In this document: piece after piece, positions 17,991-25,020 of the stretch | How the letters are laid out: each line of letters opens with the position of its first letter | How positions within the stretch are numbered: the first letter of the stretch is position 1 | From: Bdellovibrionales bacterium | GTDB lineage: Bacteria > Bdellovibrionota > Bdellovibrionia > Bdellovibrionales > JAGQZY01 | NCBI GenBank assembly: GCA_031426555.1 | Contig: JANPLN010000032.1 | Span: 1 to 26,977 of the forward strand | Direction: 5' to 3' | Length of the DNA: 26,977 nucleotides | Program-made: the position numbers and the translations under genes | Notes under the pieces: generated by a model | What the model was told of the DNA's origin: nothing | What the model saw: only the letters and a program-made list of their open reading frames with translations | The model's database searches: none

Positions 17991-18018
17991 ATATCGGTGG
18001 ACTCATTCGAGAAGATGA
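17991..18018 (-). promoter_or_regulatory. Sigma28-like promoter TCAT-N16-ACCGATAT
   Basis: Matches the recurring motif, ~50 nt upstream of the Fis-like start. Confidence 0.55.
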
Positions 18019-18151
18019 GGAAAATTTTTCCCATTTTTGTACTTTTTTTCTAAGCTACTGCTTTTGCTGGCTTTTTTTAGGCAAAAAATCTCATTTCAAG
18101 AAATCTCGGATTTTCCTTGGACGATCTGGTGGCTAAATCATTATTTTACTA

Positions 18152-18191
18152 ATGCAAAAAAGTTGCATCTAAAGCCCGTCCCGTTTAGTTT
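18152..18191 (+). promoter_or_regulatory. Palindromic operator ATGCAA-N5-TTGCAT overlapping the -35 of sigma70-like promoter TTGCAT-N17-TAGTTT
   Basis: Dyad at 18152-18168; the -10 box lies 6 nt before ATG 18198. Confidence 0.55.
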
Positions 18192-18197
18192 GGGCTT

Positions 18198-18575
18198 ATG
18201 ACGGCAAAACACGTTCTTGCACACTATATAGGTCTGTCGGCATCGTTTCTTTGCCTGATCCACTGCTTGGCACTGCCTTTTGTTACACCGTTTTTACCGT
18301 TACTTGCGTCTCACAATCACTGGCTTGTGGAGTCGATATTTATTCTGTTGATCACTCTGTCCACATTAACGATCTACAAAGGATACCGAGCCCACAACGA
18401 TCGCCGCGCTCTGGTCACCGGAATTATCGCATTTGTATTTTTGGCAGGAAGCTTATTCTTTCCGCACAATCCATTTCAGATCGCTTTGAGTGTGGTTGGC
18501 AGTATGATGATGATGATTGCCCATTTAGCAAACTACAGACTATGTCGGGCGACAAAGCCCTGCTGCGATCATTAG
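18198..18575 (+). CDS. MerC-domain metal transport membrane protein
   Basis: SFLCLIHCLALP motif, four TM segments, GYRAH, AHLAN, Cys/His-rich C-terminus (CCDH). Confidence 0.85.
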   Translation: MTAKHVLAHYIGLSASFLCLIHCLALPFVTPFLPLLASHNHWLVESIFILLITLSTLTIYKGYRAHNDRRALVTGIIAFVFLAGSLFFPHNPFQIALSVVGSMMMMIAHLANYRLCRATKPCCDH

Positions 18576-18600
18576 AGCGTATTTGGAGCCCCCAAAAGCA

Positions 18601-18629
18601 AACAGCCCAGCTTACTCAGCTGGGCTGTT
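18601..18629 (-). terminator. Intrinsic terminator hairpin
   Basis: Perfect 12-bp stem AACAGCCCAGCT/AGCTGGGCTGTT, followed by a U-rich tail on the minus strand. Confidence 0.75.
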
Positions 18630-18725
18630 ATCCCCGAAAGTTTTGATGTTACTTAGTCCCCCGACTAATTCCCCAACTATTCCCCGACCCCAATGCACAC
18701 ATTAGTAACTGAGCAGCTCCCATAA
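18601..18725 (-). ncRNA. Candidate GGGG(A)-repeat small RNA or acs 3' UTR element
   Basis: Five G4-5 tracts in 60 nt, at least one in a hairpin loop, ending in the strong terminator; 5' end unknown. Confidence 0.35.
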
Positions 18726-18768
18726 CACAAAACACATATTTTTATTGTTACTATAAGATATGCTTATA

Positions 18769-20649
18769 CTAGATCCTCTCGAGAAGACAGACACTGTAGA
18801 CCTCGTCCACCACCTCTGGATTTACTAGCGTCGAAATATCTCCCAGTGTTTTACGATCTTGTTCAAAGGCTTTACGCAGAATTCGCCGCATAATTTTACC
18901 TGACCGAGTTTTAGGCAGACCGCTGACTAAAAATAGTCTCTCAAGCCGTGCGATGGGCCCAATTTGTTTTTGTAGAATCTGGTTCACTTCCACAAGCACC
19001 TGCGACGATGCAAGCCCTGGGACTGTGCTGATCGCAAACGCCACAAGGCCCTGATCTTTAATGTCGTGGGGCACTCCAATCACTGCCGATTCCACCAGCG
19101 CTCCGTGCAAGTTCACGGCATCTTCCACCTCGGCCGTTCCAATTCTGTGACCCGAAACATTCACCACGTCATCAATGCGACCCATGATGCGGTAGTTGCC
19201 ATCTTTGTCCACGCGAGCGCCGTCTCCAGTAAAATAAAATCCTGGATATGTTGTAAAGTACGTTTGCAAATATCGCTCGTGGTCTTTATAAATCGTGCGC
19301 GCCATCCCCGGCCACGGTCGGCGAATGCAAAGTGGTCCTTCATCGCTCTCTGTCATCAGCTGCGGCTCAATTCCCGGCAGAGGTTGGGTCGCTATTGTGG
19401 GAAGGCTGGGCGTGATTCCGGCAAGTGAGGAGATCAAAATTCCGCCAGTTTCCGTTTGCCACCAGGTATCAACAATGGGGCATTTTCCTCGACCCACATT
19501 TATATTGTACCACAGCCAAGCTTCTTCGTTGATAGGCTCGCCAACGGAACCTAGAACCTTAAGGCTAGAAAGATTTTGTTTTGTGACGAGCGAAAGATCG
19601 TGGGTCATCAACGAGCGAATGGCGGTGGGCGCGGTATAAAAATGCGTCACTTTGTGTTTATCAATCACTTGCCAAAAGCGACCCGCATCGGGCCACTGGG
19701 GAACGCCTTCAAAAATCACCTGCGTAGCGCCAGAAAGTAAAGGTCCATAGGCCATGTAAGAATGCCCCGTGATCCAGCCTAAATCCGCCGTGCACCAAAA
19801 AACATCTCCCTCATTATACTGAAAAACATTTTGAAACGTGAACGCCGTCCAAAGCATGTAGCCAGCGGTGGAATGCACAAGCCCTTTGGGTTTTCCTGTG
19901 GATCCTGAGGTGTACAAAATAAACAGTGGATCTTCAGCTTTCATTATTTCTGGCTCACAGACCACGGATTGTCGATCGAGATTTTCGAGCAAGAATTCAT
20001 CGCGCTTGGGTTGCATCACCACGCCGCTATTTGTTCTTTGCAAAACCAGGACTGTAGCCACTGAGGGACACGTTGCTAAAGCTTCATCGGCCATTTTTTT
20101 AAGCGGAACTTTTTTGTCCCCGCGCAAACCTTCGTCATTGGTGATTAAAATTTTTGCGGCACTATCTTGGATACGACTGGCGAGGGCCGACGCTGAAAAT
20201 CCGCCAAACACAATGCTATGCACAGCCCCAATGCGCGCGCAGGCCAGTGCTCCAAAAATAAGCTCGGGCACCATGGACATGTAAAAGCAAACCACGTCGC
20301 CTTTTTTAACTCCCCGTTCTTTGAGTAAATTTGCAAACTGATTCACCCGCTCGAGAGTTTGCTTGTAGGTAAAACTGCACACAGGCTCCTGAGGATCGTT
20401 GGCTTCGAAGTAAAAAGCAATTTTATTGGGTGTCTTTTGCACATGTCGATCCAAGGCATTCACCGTGATGTTTAATTTTCCATCGGAAAACCATTGAACA
20501 TTGCCAGCCTCAAAGGAACCTTCGAGAGTTTTTGTCGGTTGTTTCGCCCATGAAAAATCGTTGGCGAGCTCCAGCCAAAAACGATCTGCGTTTTCACGAT
20601 AATTTTTGTGAGCCATTTGGCAGTCCTGAAGTGTCCTAATACGAAACAT
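18769..20649 (-). CDS. acs: Acetate--CoA ligase (AMP-forming acetyl-CoA synthetase)
   Basis: YTSGSTGKPKG, WCTADLGWITGHSY, DTWWQTETGG, LPKTRSGKIMRR. Confidence 0.97.
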   Translation of the reverse strand: MFRIRTLQDCQMAHKNYRENADRFWLELANDFSWAKQPTKTLEGSFEAGNVQWFSDGKLNITVNALDRHVQKTPNKIAFYFEANDPQEPVCSFTYKQTLERVNQFANLLKERGVKKGDVVCFYMSMVPELIFGALACARIGAVHSIVFGGFSASALASRIQDSAAKILITNDEGLRGDKKVPLKKMADEALATCPSVATVLVLQRTNSGVVMQPKRDEFLLENLDRQSVVCEPEIMKAEDPLFILYTSGSTGKPKGLVHSTAGYMLWTAFTFQNVFQYNEGDVFWCTADLGWITGHSYMAYGPLLSGATQVIFEGVPQWPDAGRFWQVIDKHKVTHFYTAPTAIRSLMTHDLSLVTKQNLSSLKVLGSVGEPINEEAWLWYNINVGRGKCPIVDTWWQTETGGILISSLAGITPSLPTIATQPLPGIEPQLMTESDEGPLCIRRPWPGMARTIYKDHERYLQTYFTTYPGFYFTGDGARVDKDGNYRIMGRIDDVVNVSGHRIGTAEVEDAVNLHGALVESAVIGVPHDIKDQGLVAFAISTVPGLASSQVLVEVNQILQKQIGPIARLERLFLVSGLPKTRSGKIMRRILRKAFEQDRKTLGDISTLVNPEVVDEVYSVCLLERI

Positions 20650-20729
20650 ATGTGGTTTTTCTCCCCTGAGCCCAAAGTCTAGATCTACAAATTTTGCCTC
20701 TGTAAATGATTAAATTCAAGGCGCAATGC

Positions 20730-20757
20730 TCACGATCAATGGCTCGTAAACCGATAA
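20730..20757 (+). promoter_or_regulatory. Sigma28-like promoter TCAC-N16-ACCGATAA
   Basis: -10 box lies 7 nt before ATG 20765. Confidence 0.5.
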
Positions 20758-20764
20758 AGTTGTG

Positions 20765-21583
20765 ATGAAATCTATTTTCTTTTTTAGCATTCTGTTTTTT
20801 GTGGGAAACTCATTATCCAATGCTTCGATGAACAATGGGTTTTACGACGTTGAATTTTCGTCGTCGGCACCGGCCACCTCGGAAGTGACCACTCCCGTAG
20901 TTGAAGCCTCCCTGGCTCCCGTTTCGGCAATAAACCCTCCGAGTCGTCCAGAAAATTTAACTGCAGCCTCGGCGACTGCGGCTCCCGCCACGCCAACACG
21001 CGACTACACCGTTCGTTCTGCAGGTCGCAGAGCCATGTTACAAGAGGCACTTTCCGACGTGCGCAGTTGCAATTCACTTGTTTTTATCGAAGGCACCAAA
21101 ACCAGGCGCAGTAGCGATGATTGCGACACGCTCACGACGGCACAATCGTTTGTCGCCACCTTGATGCGACAGCTGCCCCTTTGCACTGCCGAAGGCGTGC
21201 GTGCCAGTGGAATCACAAAGCCCATCAAGCAAACAAAAATTTACAACGCTGGATCCCTCCGCGGAGGAGCTCGCCCCCGCGGAAATTTGAGTCTGCACTA
21301 TGCAGCCCGGGCACTCGACATTTGGCAAATCGATGTGGTTTTCCAAGATAATACGACCCTCAACACGCCGATGACCGTCGCTTCGAAAAATCTGCCCTTT
21401 TACAAAAAATTTAACGACTGCTGGGAACGGGAAACCGAGGCTGCCTTGCGCAGGCAGTATCCCAAAAACCGAAGCTGCCACAACTATGATGGCTTGATCG
21501 ACTGCAGCCGAAGGGATCATCGCGACCACGTGCATGTATCGCTACCCTATTGCCCTAAAAAACGCGGATTTAACTCTTACTAA
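20765..21583 (+). CDS. Secreted extensin-like/M15-type (LAS fold) Zn peptidase
   Basis: Signal peptide, Ala/Pro/Thr linker, H-x6-D (SLHYAARALD) and HxH (HRDHVH) zinc motifs. Confidence 0.7.
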   Translation: MKSIFFFSILFFVGNSLSNASMNNGFYDVEFSSSAPATSEVTTPVVEASLAPVSAINPPSRPENLTAASATAAPATPTRDYTVRSAGRRAMLQEALSDVRSCNSLVFIEGTKTRRSSDDCDTLTTAQSFVATLMRQLPLCTAEGVRASGITKPIKQTKIYNAGSLRGGARPRGNLSLHYAARALDIWQIDVVFQDNTTLNTPMTVASKNLPFYKKFNDCWERETEAALRRQYPKNRSCHNYDGLIDCSRRDHRDHVHVSLPYCPKKRGFNSY

Positions 21584-21592
21584 GGTGTTTTT

Positions 21593-22135
21593 ATGATGAT
21601 TTTAATTTTTATCCTTTTATCAGCAGCGCAAGATAACGGTGAGTTTGTTTGCAATCCGCCAAAGGAAATTAAAGATCGAGTCAACGAGTACTGCATTCAA
21701 GCATCGCAATTTGCAATCACCTATACAAAACCTCAGGCTCTTCGAATAAAGAACGGAAAGCTATTTTTTACGTCCGAGGAAACTGACGATGGCTCGGTGG
21801 TTTTAAAAATGGCACATCAGTGTCGCGGGCAAAAAACCTCTGTCTGGAAACGATTCGAAAAATTTTGTGGGTACGAAAACGTAGATTTCGACCGCAAAAC
21901 ACCGGCTATTATAAAAATTCGCCAAGAGCTTGCGCAAACCAACCGTTTGAACGAAAAAACCCACCGCGACCAAATTGATCGTCTCGTTGCTCAACAAATG
22001 AACCCATGGCTGGCAGACCCTAAAAGTAATATTTCAGAAAAAGATGGAAAAGTAAAAATCAAAACGCTCAAGGGCACACTCGATGTCACCTGTCACACCC
22101 CCGAAGAGTTAACTTACGAAACCAACTGTAAATAA
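21593..22135 (+). CDS. Hypothetical secreted protein with six Cys
   Basis: Short hydrophobic N-terminus; 9 nt downstream of the previous gene; AAGGT SD. Confidence 0.65.
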   Translation: MMILIFILLSAAQDNGEFVCNPPKEIKDRVNEYCIQASQFAITYTKPQALRIKNGKLFFTSEETDDGSVVLKMAHQCRGQKTSVWKRFEKFCGYENVDFDRKTPAIIKIRQELAQTNRLNEKTHRDQIDRLVAQQMNPWLADPKSNISEKDGKVKIKTLKGTLDVTCHTPEELTYETNCK

Positions 22136-22223
22136 GGAGATTATTTTGCAAACGAATCAAAATAATACAAATTATGTACCTCTCTGAAATCATTCCTTCA
22201 ATTTTGCATAGAGTTCTCCAAAA

Positions 22224-23348
22224 TTGGATACAATCATCGGAGGATCTCTGGAGGAGTCAGGGCTGAAACGAACAAGATGTTCTTCTTACATTCTTAGCAC
22301 ATTGTGCTTTCTCTTGTTAACCACAGGTTGCGTAGGGCCCATATCCCCCTTTGGTGCGCTTCATTCTTTTAGTTTTCTCTCAAAGACCTCCACAGAACCC
22401 ATCTCTATCACCAACGAGTCCCCTATCCAAATCCGCTTTTTGCCAAAGCGCCAAATTCTACACAGTAAAAGCGATCTCGTGGTCGAAATTCAGGACACCC
22501 AAGATATCCCCTCCCTCTCCAACGTACGCGTGTTTTTCAATTCGTTTGATGTCACCTCCACATTTATGTCGAACATCGAAGTCAAAAATCGTGTCAAAGA
22601 AAAAATTCTCGAAATCGAATTCAAAGAGATTCGTCTCAAACTCCTCGATGAAAACAATATCCGCATCGGTTATTCAAAAAACAATTCGCTCTATGCATCT
22701 CAATTTCAGGCGCCCACTTGCGACTTTTTTGAATCAAAACCCATCAATAACATTCAAGGGTTCCGTCCGCCATCGGAGTACATCCTCTGGTTGACCGAAA
22801 TCGCGAAAGCACAAAAGTTCAACCCCAATCTCCTCACGGGTGTCGTCGCCCAGGAATCTGGGTTCAATCCAAATGCTGTCAGCTGGGCAAAAGCAATCGG
22901 TCTTACACAGATCACCCATCTGGCTCAAGAACAGCTTCGCGTTGAAGAAAAATCGTGGCCCCAGTCGCGTGAGATTAGCTCTTTAAGTTATATGGATTTA
23001 AAACAAAAAATCTCCACAGGTGAGCTGAACCATCAAAACGAATGGCGTCTGGACCCAAAAACATCTCTTCAAGGTGGCGCGGAGTACATTCACTATCTCC
23101 ACAAATACTGGAGCCTCGAAGAAAATCAGGTTTGGCTCAAAAAACTTTCTGGCGAGCCGAATGTCGTTTTGAGCCAAGTGATTCTTGCAAGTTACAACTC
23201 TGGCCCTGCACGCGTAAAAAATGCGATTATCTCAGACAATAACGAGTGGTTAAAAAAAGCGGAGCTCAAAGAGGCTTCCAAGTATATCCGAAAGGTCTTT
23301 AGCTACTGCTATCACTTTTCAGAGAGGTCCGTGTCCGATGATGGTTAA
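22224..23348 (+). CDS. Lytic transglycosylase (SLT domain) lipoprotein
   Basis: QESGFNPNAVS (catalytic Glu), AIGLTQI, ASYNSGP; lipobox LTTGC; true start probably downstream of 22224. Confidence 0.88.
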   Translation: MDTIIGGSLEESGLKRTRCSSYILSTLCFLLLTTGCVGPISPFGALHSFSFLSKTSTEPISITNESPIQIRFLPKRQILHSKSDLVVEIQDTQDIPSLSNVRVFFNSFDVTSTFMSNIEVKNRVKEKILEIEFKEIRLKLLDENNIRIGYSKNNSLYASQFQAPTCDFFESKPINNIQGFRPPSEYILWLTEIAKAQKFNPNLLTGVVAQESGFNPNAVSWAKAIGLTQITHLAQEQLRVEEKSWPQSREISSLSYMDLKQKISTGELNHQNEWRLDPKTSLQGGAEYIHYLHKYWSLEENQVWLKKLSGEPNVVLSQVILASYNSGPARVKNAIISDNNEWLKKAELKEASKYIRKVFSYCYHFSERSVSDDG

Positions 23349-24048
23349 ACCAAAAATTGTCAACTGGATGGGAATTGCTTTGCTTCTTGTGGCTGGATCC
23401 TTCCCTTTACAAGCGGCGCTCCTTTACCAACACTCTTTTTCCGAACTCGGATCTATCTTGCAAAAGATTTCGCTGCTCAATTTTATATCGATTTGCATGA
23501 TGGCAACAACGGCCTATATGCTCTTTACTCTTTCGCCATATTTAAAAGTGATGTGCCCCCTCACGATTGCTTGTCTGGCTTGGAATAATTATGTAGTGGG
23601 CAGTTATGGACAAGATTTCACGATGGCGCAAGCGATGCTTGGAACTGGACTTTTCGCTGGCCTGTTTGTTCCCTTGTTCCGCAAAGACATTCGCCTAATT
23701 CTTAGCGACCCACATCGAAGATGGTGGAGACGTGCAAACCGGTTTCACAAGAACATCGACGTCATCCTCAATCCCTTTGTCGGGCAAACACTGCTCGCGC
23801 AAACTTTTGATTTGTCTGAGAGCGGAGCTTTCATACCATTTGAGAACAAATCGTGGGAAGAAATTCCCAAAGTGGGCGAGCGAATTAAAATCAGTCTGCA
23901 TATCGACACCATTCGCAAAATCAAATGCGAGGCTATCGTTGTTCGAGTTGTCGAACCCCTTGGGACCTATCCTAAAGGCATTGGTATCCGTTTTACTGAT
24001 ATGAACGACACTCACAAAAGAAGTCTAAATAACTTTTTGACTCATTAA
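23338..24048 (+). CDS. Membrane protein with C-terminal PilZ domain
   Basis: About 4 TM segments, then RRANR (RxxxR) and DLSESG (DxSxxG) c-di-GMP motifs, and GIGIRF. Confidence 0.88.
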   Translation: MMVKPKIVNWMGIALLLVAGSFPLQAALLYQHSFSELGSILQKISLLNFISICMMATTAYMLFTLSPYLKVMCPLTIACLAWNNYVVGSYGQDFTMAQAMLGTGLFAGLFVPLFRKDIRLILSDPHRRWWRRANRFHKNIDVILNPFVGQTLLAQTFDLSESGAFIPFENKSWEEIPKVGERIKISLHIDTIRKIKCEAIVVRVVEPLGTYPKGIGIRFTDMNDTHKRSLNNFLTH

Positions 24049-24065
24049 CAGGGCCACTTTACTCT
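24037..24065 (+). promoter_or_regulatory. Sigma70-like promoter TTGACT-N17-TACTCT
   Basis: Near-consensus boxes upstream of the FecR-domain gene. Confidence 0.55.
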
Positions 24066-24096
24066 GTTAATATTGAACGTTTACGAGGGAGATAGC

Positions 24097-25002
24097 ATGC
24101 GAGGCCTAGACCGTTTTAGTTTATCGGTTTTTATATTTTTTTTAGTGTCAACAGCCTCCGCAAAACAGATTGGTCTCTTTATGGTGGTCAAAGGCGACGT
24201 CAAAGTTGTGCGCGGAAGCGAAACTCTCAAAGCAAAAGTGCCCCTCGGCGTTTACCAAGGTGATACCGTTATTTCGTCAAAAGATGCCCGAGCAAAGATT
24301 GTGATGAATGATAAAAACGTGATTCACATTTCGCCAAGCACAGAACTCAAAATTGAAACCTATGTCAATAATGGTCAGCAAAAAAACGTGGAGCTGAATC
24401 TAAAACAGGGTAAAGTCCGCAACAACGTAGAACAAACCTACGACGGTGATAAAAATAAATTTATTATTAAAACCCCCACGGCGGTCGCCGGCGTGCGCGG
24501 AACGCAATTTATCACTTCGTTTGACAAAAGCCGCAACGAAACTAAGATTGTAACTTTGCAAGGACGAGTGGAACTTACCAACCTTCCATCGCAAGCCGGC
24601 GCAGCCGCAACAACGGTTGTGATTAACAAAGGCGAGAGCTCGACGGCAACAGCAGAGGCCCCACCCGCTCAACCGCAGGCAGTCCCAGTGGATCAAATGA
24701 AAAATATTGACCAGGACACGACGGTGAAGACAACCGATAAAAAATCCCCCAGCGCAGCAGATTCCAATGGCCGTGGAAGTGATACCAAAAAAGCACCAGA
24801 GGCCCGAGTAGAAGATCCACAGGATCAGTCGCCAAAAACGTTTGATAAACTTCCAGAAGTAAAAAATCCTACGCCGACGGCAGCAGCACCTCCGCCAGCT
24901 TTTCAGCGTCCACCACCGCCAATCAACAACCTTCCGGCAGATGCAATCCGTCAGCAACAAGAGAAAACAAAAGTAAAAATTGATATCAATACGAGCCCCT
25001 AA
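24097..25002 (+). CDS. Exported FecR-domain protein with Pro-rich disordered C-terminal tail
   Basis: Signal peptide (ASA/K); GDTVIS, LKQGKV, FIIKTPTAVAGVRGTQF, LQGRV; SD before ATG 24097. Confidence 0.88.
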   Translation: MRGLDRFSLSVFIFFLVSTASAKQIGLFMVVKGDVKVVRGSETLKAKVPLGVYQGDTVISSKDARAKIVMNDKNVIHISPSTELKIETYVNNGQQKNVELNLKQGKVRNNVEQTYDGDKNKFIIKTPTAVAGVRGTQFITSFDKSRNETKIVTLQGRVELTNLPSQAGAAATTVVINKGESSTATAEAPPAQPQAVPVDQMKNIDQDTTVKTTDKKSPSAADSNGRGSDTKKAPEARVEDPQDQSPKTFDKLPEVKNPTPTAAAPPPAFQRPPPPINNLPADAIRQQQEKTKVKIDINTSP

Positions 25003-25020
25003 AGGATTTAGATTTTACGA

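Noticed and set aside
18198..18575. Mercury-resistance operon
   Set aside because: Only a lone MerC-domain gene; no merR, merA, merP or merT in the window
2404..18719. GAGCAGCT appearing in three intergenic regions (~2406, ~17549, ~18711)
   Set aside because: Short motif, each copy is explained by a local palindrome, and the position relative to genes is inconsistent
24400..24960. 186-aa Cys/Trp/Arg-rich minus-strand ORF
   Set aside because: Antisense shadow of the Ala/Pro/Thr-rich FecR tail
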